Positions 7,753 through 17,611 of a stretch of 64,000 nucleotides of DNA are shown piece after piece. The position numbers were made by a program, and so were the translations under genes. The DNA comes from Candidatus Omnitrophota bacterium (GTDB taxonomy: Bacteria > Omnitrophota > Gorgyraeia > Zapsychrales > JANLHA01): assembly GCA_029560465.1 (NCBI GenBank), contig JAKQKX010000016.1:71178-135177 (forward strand). The letters are read 5' to 3'. The notes below the pieces were generated by a model. The model made no database searches. It worked only from the letters and a program-made list of their open reading frames with translations, and was not told where the DNA came from. Each line of letters begins with the position of its first letter. Position 1 is the stretch's first letter.

Positions 7753-10700
7753 ATGAAAAAATATTCCCAGCGCGTAGTGATGATTTTTTTGTGTGGGGTG
7801 ATTCTGTCATTGATCATGGTAACGGGGGCCGGGGCTAAAGATAAAGGAGTCAGCTTAACCGAAAAGGTGGAAAGCCTTCTGAGAAAATATGAGGCCCTGC
7901 GCGATGAAAACCAACAGATGAAGGATGCGCTGGAAGAGGCGGAAAGCCAGGTGGAGCTGTTTAGGGGGAAATTCCTGGAATTGGAAAACCGGGGGGGTGT
8001 TCTTCAGAAACAACTGGAAACGCGCACGCAGGAACTGAAAGAGGCGCAAGCGGCTATAAAAAATCGAGAAGGGACGGCGGATGAGGGCCGGGCGGAATTG
8101 GAAAGAATTGTCGCTGAATTAAGGAAAGACAACAAGCAACGGGAGGAAAGGATTCAATCGCTTGAGGAGAAGCTCCGGGAAGCCGACGCTCGGCAAGCCA
8201 GCGCAGTTGAAAAGGCGGCCTTTGAAAAGGAGCTGGCCGTCCTTAAACGGGAGAATGAAACCTTAAAAAAAGACCTGGAGGGCCTTGAAAAGAAGCTTCA
8301 GCAGGCAGATATGGCTTTGAAGGAAAAAGGCGCTGCCGCTCAAACGGCTTTAGAACAGGAAATACGGGGATTAAATCAAGAGTTGCAGCTGAAAGGGGCG
8401 TTTATCCGTGACGGGGAGTCGCAGATTGAGTCGTTAAAGGGGGAAAATACCCGCCTGGTTAAACAGATGGAAGACTTGCAGGCGCGTATTCAGGATTTAA
8501 CCGCCCGCCGGGATAAAAAGGAGGATTCCCTGGCTAGGAAGATTGAAGAGGCCCGGGAACCGTTGCAGAAGAAAATTGATGAGCTTCAGGCCCGCTTGGA
8601 TGCCGTCCCCAAAACGGAACAGCAGAAAATAGAAGAAGTCCGCCGGCCGTTATTGAGCAAGGTGGAAGAGCTTACGAGCGAGAATGCGGCCTTGAAAAAA
8701 TCGATGAAAGAAAAATTGAGCGACGCGCAGGAGCCTTTGTTGAAGGAAAATGGGGAGTTGAAAGCGCGGCTGCGCGAGGCGGAAGAACAGCTTGCCGGCG
8801 AGATCCGCCGGGCAGACCGGTTGGTCGACGAGAAAACCGGTGCGATGAGAAAGCAGGTTGAGGGGGCGGAGGCGGCTTTGAAAGAAAAAGACAAGACCGT
8901 CTTTTCTTTGCAAGAAAAATTGAACCAGACAGAGCAGCGGATCGCCGCGGCGGAAGGGGAAAAACAGAAAATTATCAAAGACGCGAAAGACCAGGAAAGA
9001 GAAATGCGGCAGCAGATCGTGGCGTTAGAGAAAGACTTGAAGACCGCGGAGAAAAAAGAATCAGCGAAATCCCTCCGTGAAAAGGAAGATTTGCAGAAAG
9101 AGAACGTGGCCCTCCGGGAGGAAATTCAGTCTTTAGAAAAATCCTTGCCCGAAAGAGTGGAACAGGCCAGGAAACCGCTTATGGAAAGAATCGACGACTT
9201 AATGGCTGAAATGCAGCAGGCACAAAAGAAAATGGAAGCCGAGATTGAGCTGTCCCGGAAGCCGTTAGAGGAAAAAGTGGCTGGCTTGGAAGAGGATCTG
9301 CGTCTGGAGCGCCAGCGTAAGAAGGATAAAGCGGCTGGACAGGAAGACACTTTGCGTAAGAAAATAACGGAGATGGAGCAACAGCTCCGGCAGGCGGATG
9401 CGATTGCGGCTGAGAAAGCGGCAGCCGCGAAAGCCCTTTTGCAGGATAAGGTCGTGGCTTTGGAGCAGCAGTTGGCAGATCAGAAAGCGGCCCTCCCGGG
9501 ACAGATCAGTCAGGCTAAGAGAGCTGCGGATGAAGAAGTGAAATTACTTAAGGCCCAGTTGAGAGAGAAGGATCTAACCCTTTCAGCCCAGGAAGAGGCT
9601 CTCAAGAAAAATTATGAGGTGAAGTTGCAGGGTTGGCAGAGGGACCTGAAGGCGGCCCAGGACACGATGAAGAACCAGGAGGCGGAAATCCACAAGAAAG
9701 AAACGGCTTTGGAGCAGTCTGCTCGGGAACTAGAAGCTGCTCGAACCCGGAATGGTTCGTATCAGAAAGATATTGATGCTCTTCGTGATCAGCTGAAAAG
9801 CAAAGAGCAGCGTGTGGAGCAGCTTGCTCAGGAGCGGACTGCGAATTATCAGGCCCGGATCGATGAGAAAGAAAAGGAATTGAAAGAAGCCAGGGAGGAC
9901 GGCCAGAAAAAATTGGCAGAGGCGATGAAGGCGAAGGATGAGGAAATAGAACAGTTGCGGAGCCAAATGAAAGCGCAGGAGGCTTCTGTTTCGGAAAGGA
10001 TCGCCCGGGCCAAGCAGCCGTTGGAAGAAGAAATAAAGGGTCTTAACAAAGAGTTGCGGGTTAAGAAGAATGCCAGCAAAGAGGATATTCAGGCCGCGCA
10101 GAAGCCGTTGGAAGATCAAATCAAAGAGATGGAGAAACAGTTGCTGGAGAAGGAGGCCACCTGGACCCGGAAGGTTGATGAGGCGCGCGTCCCGCTTTTG
10201 GAGAAAATCCGGTCTTTGGAAGAAATGGTTAAAAATACCGAAGCTGCGGTTTCGGCGAGGATTGAAAAGGCGAAAGCACCGTTCATGGGCCAGATCCAGG
10301 CCTTGGAGGAAGAACTCGCCGAGAAGAACGCGTTTTGGCCGGAAAAGATTGAAGAAGAAAAGACCCCGTTGCGGGAGCAGATCCAGGCCTTGGAAGCCCG
10401 GCTTAAGGAAAAGGACGCTGAGCTTAAAGCCAGGGTTGAGGAAGCGGAGTCCCCTTTAAAAACGGAAATCGTAAGGTTAAAAGAAGACCTGAATGCGGCG
10501 CGGAAAGAGCAGGAAGCCCGTTTGAAGGAAGAACAAAGTGTCCGGAAAGCGGCGGTGGATCAGGTCACGCAGGAATTCAACGATTATAAGAATTCCGAGC
10601 CTGACAGAATCGCCAGGGTCAAGCAGCCTTTAGAGGCGAAAATCGGGGAATTGCAGAAAGATTTGAAAGAGGCGAAGAGCCGGAAAGATGAGGCCCGGAA

Positions 10701-13700
10701 AGCCGCCTTGAAACCTCTGGAAGAAAAAATTAAGGAATTGGAAGCCCGGCTCAAGGATCAAGAAACCGAGTGGGCTGCGAAGGGTGAAGACGCGAAGGCC
10801 CCTCTTGTGGAGAAAATTCGAGCCCTCGAGGATGCCCTTAAAGAGCAGGCGTCCGGGATAGAGGCTAGAATGGAAGAGGCTAAAGCGCCTTTGCTTGAAC
10901 AGGTTCAGGAATTGGAGCAACGACTTTCGGAAAAGGAAACGCTTTGGCCGCGGAAAGAGGATGAAGCGAAAGCCCCGCTGTTGGAAGAGATTCAAACGCT
11001 TAAACAGCGCCTGCAGGAGAGAGAGGCTGAGGTGGCCATGAGGATTACCGAGGCGGAAGCGCCGTTGAAAGAAAATATTGCGGTTTTAAAAGAAGACTTA
11101 CGGGCGGCCAGGGCGGATTCAGAAGCCCGGGTGAAGGCCGAGCAAGATATTTGGCGGAAAGACGTGGAGAAAGCACGGAAGGAATTTAAAGAGTATAAAG
11201 ATTCCGAAGTGGAACGCGTGGCTAAGGTCAAGCAGCCGTTGGAGAAAAAAATAGAAGCGTTGCAGCAGGACCTGAAAGAAGCCAAAAACCGAAAAGGCGC
11301 GGTTTTGCAGGCCGCGCAAAAACCCCTGGAAGATAAGATTAAAGAGATGGAAGCACAGTTGCGCGAACAGAAAGAGATGTTGGCGTCCAAGGTGGAAGAG
11401 GCCAAAGCGCCGTTGCTTGAACAGCTGCGGGCTCTTGAGGGAAGCTTAAAAGAGAAGGAATCCGGGGTTGCCGTTCAAATAGAGGCTGTGCAAGTTCCCT
11501 TGAAAGAACAGATTAAAGTTCTTGAGGAAGGGGTGCGGCAAAAGGAAGCCGAAGCGGCTGCGTTGGTTGAGGATGCCCGGTCGGCCCACAAAGAGGAGCT
11601 GCGCCTGGCCAGGGCAGACGCGGAAGAACGTCTGAAGGCGGAGCAGGAGGCCCGAAGGGTGGAGGTTGAAAAGATTCAAAAGGAATTTCAGGATTACAAG
11701 GATAGCGTCGCGGAAACTGTGGCCAAAGACAAGCATCCTCTGGAAGAGGCGATAGCGATGTTGCAGAATGATTTAAAAGAATCGCAGGTCAGGAAAGATG
11801 AAGACATCAAACTCGCGAAAAAACCATTAGAGGACAAAATTAAAGAGCTTGAAAAGGACCTTCGCCAAAGGGGATCGGATATTCAGGATAAAGTCAAGGC
11901 GGCGCAGCGTCCTTTGGAAGAGAATATCGCGCTTTTAAAAAAGGATTTGGAAAATAAAGATAAAGAGTGGGCGGTTAAAATTGAGGAGGCCAAATTCCCC
12001 CTGGAGGTCAAAGTCCGGGCTTTGGTGCAGAAACTGGATGAACGGGACGCGGCGATTTCCCGCGTGATCAAAAAAGCGAAAGCGCCTTTAGAGAAAGAAA
12101 TCGAGGCGCTGACGGTGCGACTGAAAGAAACACAGGGAACGGTTGCCCTGGAGGTCGCCCGTTTGAAGCAGGCGGCCCAGGAGCAGGAGCAGGCGTTGGC
12201 GGAAAAAATCGTCCTGGCCAAGAAGCCCTTGGAAGAGCGGGTTGTTGTCCTGCAAAACGAGTTGAGCGCGGCGAAAGACGCCGCCTCTCGAAAAGCCGAT
12301 GAAGCCAAGGCCCCGTTGCAGGAAAGGATTGATTATCTTCTGGAAAAAATGAAAACGGATGAAATGCTTTATAAAACCAGCATGAAAACAGATCAGGAAA
12401 AAATCCAGGAAGAAAGAAAGGGGTGGCAAGCGCAACGGAAGGATTTGGAGAAATTAATCCAGCAGAAAGAGCGGGACATTAAGCAATTGACGACGGAAAA
12501 AGAATCTTTATCCAAGGATCTTGATGTGGCCGGCGAGAAGAGTAAAAAACTTAATGAACTCGTTGAGCAGGCCCGGGGAGAGCACCAGTCGCTTCAGTCC
12601 GATCTTCCACAGAAAATCGCGGAAGCCCAAAAGCCATTGCTGGCGAAGATTGACGCGTTGGAAGCGGAGAAACGGGGTTTGGAAGCTTCTTTGCCTGAAA
12701 AAATCGCCCAGGCCCAAACCGGGCTGGAAGCTCAAATCCAGCAGCTGAAGGAAACGATTAAAGCGAAAGAGGCCGGTATTCCGGCTTTGATTGAAGAAGC
12801 CCAAAAGCCTCTGCGGGCTGAAGTGAGCCAATTACAGGCTGAATTGAAAAAAACCCACGCGTCTTTACCGGAGGAAATTGTTCAGGCGAAACGACCCCTG
12901 GAACAGAAGGTGGCGTCTTTGGATCAAGCGTTAGTGGAGAAGGACCGGGGACTTCAGAAGCATTTGAAGGAAAAAGACGATTTGAATAAAGAGCTTGTGG
13001 CCGCCTTGAAAGAGAAGACGGCTTTGAATGACCGTGTCTTGAGTTTGCAAAAAGACCTGCAGGCCGCGCAGGCCCAATCTCAGCGCGGGGAAGAACAAAT
13101 TCGAAAAGATTATGACCGGAAGATAGAAGATTTGCAGGCGGCCCTGCAGAAAGCCCAGCAGGCGCTTCCGGAAGCTGTGGCGTCGGCCAAACAGCCTTTT
13201 GTCGACAAAATTGTCGGCCTGGAGGAGGCGTTAAAAGCGAAGGATGCGGAAATGTCGCAGCGTGTCACCGACGCCAGGAAACCGTTGGAAGAGAAAATTC
13301 TGACCCTGCAACAGCAAATGAAGGAACAAGAAGCGGCCTGGCCCCAAAGTGTTGAGCAGGCCCGAGGGCCTCTTTTAGCCCGTATTGAAGAATTGACGAA
13401 GGACTTGCAAGCAAGCGAGGCCAGGCTTCCTCAGAAGGTCAAGGAGGCCAAGTCTCCTTTGGAGGAGGAGGTCCGGGCCCTGAAGGCGGAATTGCAGCAA
13501 AAGAATCAATCATTGCCGAAACAGATTCAGGACGTTCAGAAGCCGTTGCAGGAGGAAATTGCGGCTTTGAAAAAGCAGCTTCAAGATAAAGATAAGGAGT
13601 TCTCCCGTCAGGACACCGCGCTTGAAAATTCCGGGGCTAAACTTCAGCAAACTTTGAAGGAGTTGGAGTCCTCGCAAAAAACGGTTGCCGAACTTACGGC

Positions 13701-14583
13701 TCAAAAGGCCCAGGTTGAACAGCAGCTTTTGGAAAAGAGCAAGTCTGTGCCCCAACTGATGGAGGAGGTTAAGCGTCCTTTGGAAACCGAAATCGGCCGT
13801 TTGAAAGAGGAACTCAAGTTAAAAGAGCAAGGCTTGCCTCAGCAGATATTAGCAGTCCGTAAGCCTTTGGAAGAAAAGATTCTTACGTTGGAGAAAGACC
13901 TGCAGCAGGCCCAGGCGTCAGTAAAAAATCAGATTGCGGAAGCCCGCAAGCCCCTGGACCAGAAGATCGCCGCATTGGAGAAACAGAACAAAGAAACCGA
14001 GAACGCGGTTAAAAATAAGTTGGCTGAGGCGCGGAAGCCTCTGGAGGCCAGGATTAAAGCTTTGGAGGAAGAGGTCAAGGCTGCCCAAAAACAGTCTGCC
14101 CAGCAGATTGCGCAGGAAAAAAGCGCCGCTGACAAGAAAATCAATGATCTGCAACAGCAGCTTGGCGCGCTTAAGATAACAATGCAAGGGAAAGATTCCG
14201 CTTTTCAGGATATGGAAAAGGAACTTGATCGTATTACAATCAGCCTGTCCGCCGTTCAGCAGGAGAATATTTTTCTGAACAATGAGCTGGCCGAGGCCAA
14301 GAAATCGCTTCAAACAATTGAGGGGAAATTGACGAATACATATTCCAAGAAACAGGTCGAGCTGGAAGACAAGGTGAGGTTCCTTATGGAAATTATCGAT
14401 CAGAAGGACACCCTTCTGCAGGAACAGGTCAATTTGGTGGCGGAAAAGGATAAACAAATCGCGGCCCTCACTCAGGAAGCGGATGATTTGGCCAAGGATT
14501 ATTTTTCAATTCTGGATAAGAATGTGTCTTTGAGTGAAAGGCTTGAAAGGCTTGAGCAACAACAACCGGCGTCGGCCCGGTAA
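7753..14583 (+). CDS. giant (2,276 aa) secreted proline-punctuated coiled-coil repeat protein (apolipoprotein A/E-like amphipathic helix repeats)
   Basis: Single uninterrupted ORF with a GAGAGG RBS; N-terminal signal peptide 'MIFLCGVILSLIMVTGAGA'; then ~2,200 aa dominated by E/K/A/L/Q with dozens of '(A/E)(K/R)(K/A/Q)PL(L/E)E(K/Q)(I/V)..L(E/K)..L' units each beginning with a helix-breaking Pro; ~230-aa higher-order repeats. Confidence 0.8.
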   Translation: MKKYSQRVVMIFLCGVILSLIMVTGAGAKDKGVSLTEKVESLLRKYEALRDENQQMKDALEEAESQVELFRGKFLELENRGGVLQKQLETRTQELKEAQAAIKNREGTADEGRAELERIVAELRKDNKQREERIQSLEEKLREADARQASAVEKAAFEKELAVLKRENETLKKDLEGLEKKLQQADMALKEKGAAAQTALEQEIRGLNQELQLKGAFIRDGESQIESLKGENTRLVKQMEDLQARIQDLTARRDKKEDSLARKIEEAREPLQKKIDELQARLDAVPKTEQQKIEEVRRPLLSKVEELTSENAALKKSMKEKLSDAQEPLLKENGELKARLREAEEQLAGEIRRADRLVDEKTGAMRKQVEGAEAALKEKDKTVFSLQEKLNQTEQRIAAAEGEKQKIIKDAKDQEREMRQQIVALEKDLKTAEKKESAKSLREKEDLQKENVALREEIQSLEKSLPERVEQARKPLMERIDDLMAEMQQAQKKMEAEIELSRKPLEEKVAGLEEDLRLERQRKKDKAAGQEDTLRKKITEMEQQLRQADAIAAEKAAAAKALLQDKVVALEQQLADQKAALPGQISQAKRAADEEVKLLKAQLREKDLTLSAQEEALKKNYEVKLQGWQRDLKAAQDTMKNQEAEIHKKETALEQSARELEAARTRNGSYQKDIDALRDQLKSKEQRVEQLAQERTANYQARIDEKEKELKEAREDGQKKLAEAMKAKDEEIEQLRSQMKAQEASVSERIARAKQPLEEEIKGLNKELRVKKNASKEDIQAAQKPLEDQIKEMEKQLLEKEATWTRKVDEARVPLLEKIRSLEEMVKNTEAAVSARIEKAKAPFMGQIQALEEELAEKNAFWPEKIEEEKTPLREQIQALEARLKEKDAELKARVEEAESPLKTEIVRLKEDLNAARKEQEARLKEEQSVRKAAVDQVTQEFNDYKNSEPDRIARVKQPLEAKIGELQKDLKEAKSRKDEARKAALKPLEEKIKELEARLKDQETEWAAKGEDAKAPLVEKIRALEDALKEQASGIEARMEEAKAPLLEQVQELEQRLSEKETLWPRKEDEAKAPLLEEIQTLKQRLQEREAEVAMRITEAEAPLKENIAVLKEDLRAARADSEARVKAEQDIWRKDVEKARKEFKEYKDSEVERVAKVKQPLEKKIEALQQDLKEAKNRKGAVLQAAQKPLEDKIKEMEAQLREQKEMLASKVEEAKAPLLEQLRALEGSLKEKESGVAVQIEAVQVPLKEQIKVLEEGVRQKEAEAAALVEDARSAHKEELRLARADAEERLKAEQEARRVEVEKIQKEFQDYKDSVAETVAKDKHPLEEAIAMLQNDLKESQVRKDEDIKLAKKPLEDKIKELEKDLRQRGSDIQDKVKAAQRPLEENIALLKKDLENKDKEWAVKIEEAKFPLEVKVRALVQKLDERDAAISRVIKKAKAPLEKEIEALTVRLKETQGTVALEVARLKQAAQEQEQALAEKIVLAKKPLEERVVVLQNELSAAKDAASRKADEAKAPLQERIDYLLEKMKTDEMLYKTSMKTDQEKIQEERKGWQAQRKDLEKLIQQKERDIKQLTTEKESLSKDLDVAGEKSKKLNELVEQARGEHQSLQSDLPQKIAEAQKPLLAKIDALEAEKRGLEASLPEKIAQAQTGLEAQIQQLKETIKAKEAGIPALIEEAQKPLRAEVSQLQAELKKTHASLPEEIVQAKRPLEQKVASLDQALVEKDRGLQKHLKEKDDLNKELVAALKEKTALNDRVLSLQKDLQAAQAQSQRGEEQIRKDYDRKIEDLQAALQKAQQALPEAVASAKQPFVDKIVGLEEALKAKDAEMSQRVTDARKPLEEKILTLQQQMKEQEAAWPQSVEQARGPLLARIEELTKDLQASEARLPQKVKEAKSPLEEEVRALKAELQQKNQSLPKQIQDVQKPLQEEIAALKKQLQDKDKEFSRQDTALENSGAKLQQTLKELESSQKTVAELTAQKAQVEQQLLEKSKSVPQLMEEVKRPLETEIGRLKEELKLKEQGLPQQILAVRKPLEEKILTLEKDLQQAQASVKNQIAEARKPLDQKIAALEKQNKETENAVKNKLAEARKPLEARIKALEEEVKAAQKQSAQQIAQEKSAADKKINDLQQQLGALKITMQGKDSAFQDMEKELDRITISLSAVQQENIFLNNELAEAKKSLQTIEGKLTNTYSKKQVELEDKVRFLMEIIDQKDTLLQEQVNLVAEKDKQIAALTQEADDLAKDYFSILDKNVSLSERLERLEQQQPASAR

Positions 14584-14593
14584 GAGCAATCAT

Positions 14594-15808
14594 ATGAACA
14601 GAAACCGTATACGGCATTTTGATCCCCGGGCAGGAGGATCGTCGGTTTATCCTGCCGCCTTCATCGTGTGCCTGCTGTTGGCCGTGGGCTGGGGCATGTG
14701 GCCTGAGGTGTTGGCGGCTGAGACCGACGAAGACGCGCAGCCTTTTTCTTACCGCCAGCAACTTATCAACAAGGAATTGTCCCAGCAGGAAATGCTAGGC
14801 GAGAAATCTGGGCCCGAGAATACGGAAGGATCCTTTGATGGCCGGTCTCCCACATATAATTTGTCCGGAGACGGGAGAGGATCCGCCCCTTTGGGCTTCA
14901 CGGGTGGTGAACACAAGGCCTGCCCTTTTCCCCCGGAAAGGACCAAGGCGGTCACGGAAGCCCTGAACCGGGTTGAAGTGGGCCTGGAAACATTTGCCTT
15001 CTCTTACCGGGAGCCGGGCGTTATGAAAGACCGGGGTTGTCTGACGGGCGTTTACGGGGTTTTCACTCATCGGCTGGCAGACAACCAGCATATTAAAACG
15101 TTCAAGGACGCCTGGCGTGACAAGCTCAAAGTCAACAAGCTTTCTGTGGAAGGCCGTTTTGCCGGCGGGGATGTGGATTATGAATCTGAAGAGACCGGAA
15201 CGCGTGATGGCTTGAATTTTTATGTTTTTGAACTCCGGGGCCTCCTGGCTTATGAGATGCCGCTGATCCCGTCCGGTGCCATCACGCCGTTTTTCGGGGT
15301 GGGGTTCCGTTACCTCAAAGATGACAGCGGCGGGAAAGTTAGCTCGACGAATAACTGGTTTTATGACCGGGAAAGCCGGTATTTTTACCTGCCCATCGGG
15401 CTCGAAATCTCCCGCCGGATGAAAAACCGCTGGTCTGTGAGCCTGACCTGCGAGTATGACATTTTTCTTGTGGGTAAGCAGAAGAGCCATCTGGAAAACG
15501 GCGGGGCGACAGTGCTTTCATCCAGCGACGGACAATTGTACGTCCTGGATACGTTGGAAAACGACCAGGAAGAAGGTTTTGGCTTGCGGGGTTCTCTGAA
15601 GTTCATGAAAAGTCATGATAGATGGGATTTTGTTTTTGAGCCGTTTGTGCGTTACTGGAATCTGAAAGATTCCCAGCTGGCGCAGTGGACGTCCAACAGC
15701 GGCAGCCTTTTGTGGTATTATGACCCGGCCCGGGAGTATCCTGTTTACGGGTATGAACCGGAAAACAACACCACGGAATACGGAGTGCGGATAGGGTTTT
15801 ATTATTGA
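14594..15808 (+). CDS. secreted OMP-like (beta-barrel candidate) protein
   Basis: ATG 11 nt after the giant gene's stop; signal peptide 'AAFIVCLLLAVGWGMWPEVLAAE'; alternating hydrophobic/aromatic segments; C-terminal 'YGVRIGFYY' aromatic terminus typical of outer-membrane barrels. Confidence 0.5.
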   Translation: MNRNRIRHFDPRAGGSSVYPAAFIVCLLLAVGWGMWPEVLAAETDEDAQPFSYRQQLINKELSQQEMLGEKSGPENTEGSFDGRSPTYNLSGDGRGSAPLGFTGGEHKACPFPPERTKAVTEALNRVEVGLETFAFSYREPGVMKDRGCLTGVYGVFTHRLADNQHIKTFKDAWRDKLKVNKLSVEGRFAGGDVDYESEETGTRDGLNFYVFELRGLLAYEMPLIPSGAITPFFGVGFRYLKDDSGGKVSSTNNWFYDRESRYFYLPIGLEISRRMKNRWSVSLTCEYDIFLVGKQKSHLENGGATVLSSSDGQLYVLDTLENDQEEGFGLRGSLKFMKSHDRWDFVFEPFVRYWNLKDSQLAQWTSNSGSLLWYYDPAREYPVYGYEPENNTTEYGVRIGFYY

Positions 15809-16039
15809 ACGCTGTTTTGTTTTTCCAAGGCGTCCCGGCCTGACTTTTTAAAAGGGTCTCCAACCTGAAAATTTTTACTGTTCCCCGGTTTCATCCCGCC
15901 ATGTTTTTGTTTGTTCGGATAACTACTGTGGCGGGGCTTTCACTGAAGGCAAGGTTTGATTTTTAAGGGGTCGTCCAGAAGCATTCTTTTGTCTTTCGCT
16001 TGTTTCTGAATATAATTTAAGTTACAATAGGCCTCTGAA

Positions 16040-16534
16040 ATGGCCCAACAATTGAGTAAAAATGAGGAGCACCACCGGTTTATGCGCCGGGCGATTCAGC
16101 GCGCCCGGGATGGGGTAGGAGCCGGGCAGACGCCTTTCGGGGCCTGCATTGTGAGAAACGGCTGTGTGGTCAGCTGTGAGCACAACGAGGTCTGGAAAGG
16201 GACGGATATTACCGCGCACGCCGAAATATGCGCTATCCGTCAGGCCTGCCGGACATTGCGGACGATCGATTTGTCGGAGTGCGTGATTTATTCGACCTGC
16301 GAGCCGTGTCCTATGTGTTTTAGCGCGTGCCACTGGGCCAGGATTCCGGTCATCTGTTTCGGCGCCCGGATTCGGGACGCGCAAAGAATCGGGTTTAATG
16401 AGCTCACGCTATCAAACCGTCAGATGAAGAAATTGGGCGCTAGCCGTGTTAAAATAGTCCCGAATGTTTTAAGGGAAGAGAATCTCCTGCTGTTTCAGGA
16501 ATGGCACAGCCTGGACAAAAAACGGGGTTATTAG
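16040..16534 (+). CDS. CDA-fold nucleoside/nucleotide deaminase (TadA / guanine deaminase-like)
   Basis: 'HAEICAI' and 'CEPCPMC' zinc-binding motifs of the cytidine/deoxycytidylate deaminase superfamily. Confidence 0.7.
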   Translation: MAQQLSKNEEHHRFMRRAIQRARDGVGAGQTPFGACIVRNGCVVSCEHNEVWKGTDITAHAEICAIRQACRTLRTIDLSECVIYSTCEPCPMCFSACHWARIPVICFGARIRDAQRIGFNELTLSNRQMKKLGASRVKIVPNVLREENLLLFQEWHSLDKKRGY

Positions 16535-16545
16535 AGGAGGCGGAG

Positions 16546-17142
16546 ATGAAACAAAAATCCTGGGCCGTTCGTTTTTTGGCGTGGTTTCTTCTTCTGTGGG
16601 GGCTCGTTTGGCTGGTGACAATTTACAGCCGGTGTCAGGTCATTGCGTTGCGAACCGAGGCCGGAACACGCGGGGTGTCGGGATATAACTTTATCAGGAC
16701 AGCCAAGATGTTTACGGGGTGCTCTTCGAATACCCGTTCGTCTCACATGCTCCTTTTCTGGGCCTTGGCCGCCCTGGAAATGATGTGCAGTTTCCTTTAT
16801 ATCATCAGCGGTTTTGCCTTGCTGCGGCGGTACCCCTTGGGTTTTCGGATGGGGCGGACCGCGCTGTGGGCGGATTTATTTTTTAAGGCCTCAACGGCCG
16901 CATACATGTTTGGGATCGCTGTGCCGCTTCAGAACGTGCTGAGGGGCAAACAAAATATATTGTTGAATTATTTCACTCCGGACCGGAGCGTTTTTTCCGA
17001 TTTCTCAACGTTTTTTTCCGGGTTAAGGCTTTATTACCCGGCGGTGAATTTTTCTCTTGCTGTTTATTTGATGTATTTTGTGATTACCTATCTTTTCATA
17101 AAACAGCGCGTTGAAGAATGGGCCGGGGAACGGCGCGCCTGA
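16546..17142 (+). CDS. hypothetical integral membrane protein
   Basis: GAGGAGG RBS before 'MKQKSWAV'; 4-5 hydrophobic helices; no family recognised. Confidence 0.45.
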   Translation: MKQKSWAVRFLAWFLLLWGLVWLVTIYSRCQVIALRTEAGTRGVSGYNFIRTAKMFTGCSSNTRSSHMLLFWALAALEMMCSFLYIISGFALLRRYPLGFRMGRTALWADLFFKASTAAYMFGIAVPLQNVLRGKQNILLNYFTPDRSVFSDFSTFFSGLRLYYPAVNFSLAVYLMYFVITYLFIKQRVEEWAGERRA

Positions 17143-17171
17143 AGAGGCCGGAATATTTAAAGGAGGGAGAC

Positions 17172-17588
17172 GTGAGGAAAATTGCGGTTTTAATTCTTTT
17201 TTTGTCGGCTTTCTGGGGCTGCGCGACGACGGAGCAGAAACCTTACAGCCAGATCAATATGGCGTCCCGCCGGTTTTTAAGCCTGCGGCAGATTTATGCC
17301 GGCATGACCCGGCAGGAGGTGGCGGGAGTTTTGGGGAGCCAGGTGATCATCGGTTACGAAATCCACGATGAAGAGACCGGACAGTACACCCCTTTGACCG
17401 TCAAGAATCCCTATCGGCAGGAGCAGGTTGCCGATGGCGATAAGGTGTATGAGATCGACTATTATTTTGTCGGGATCAACGCGGCCGATGGCCAGATTAC
17501 CGATGACGAGCTGGCCCCTTTGGTTTTCGTAAAGGATCAATTGATGGGGTATGGCTGGGATTATTTAAACAAGAAAGTGAAGAAATGA
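17172..17588 (+). CDS. hypothetical lipoprotein
   Basis: GGAGGGAG RBS then a GTG start; 'LILFLSAFWGCATTEQ' lipobox. Confidence 0.45.
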   Translation: MRKIAVLILFLSAFWGCATTEQKPYSQINMASRRFLSLRQIYAGMTRQEVAGVLGSQVIIGYEIHDEETGQYTPLTVKNPYRQEQVADGDKVYEIDYYFVGINAADGQITDDELAPLVFVKDQLMGYGWDYLNKKVKK

Positions 17589-17611
17589 TGTGACGGGGGC
17601 CCCGGGGCAGG

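Noticed and set aside
8586-14457. Numerous antisense and alternative-frame ORFs inside the giant gene (e.g. 8586..8978 -, 10070..10459 +, 11883..12308 -, 13918..14457 -)
   Set aside because: Low-complexity Ser/Arg/Leu-rich translations generated by the repetitive GAA/AAG-rich sense strand. None has a start context or motifs.
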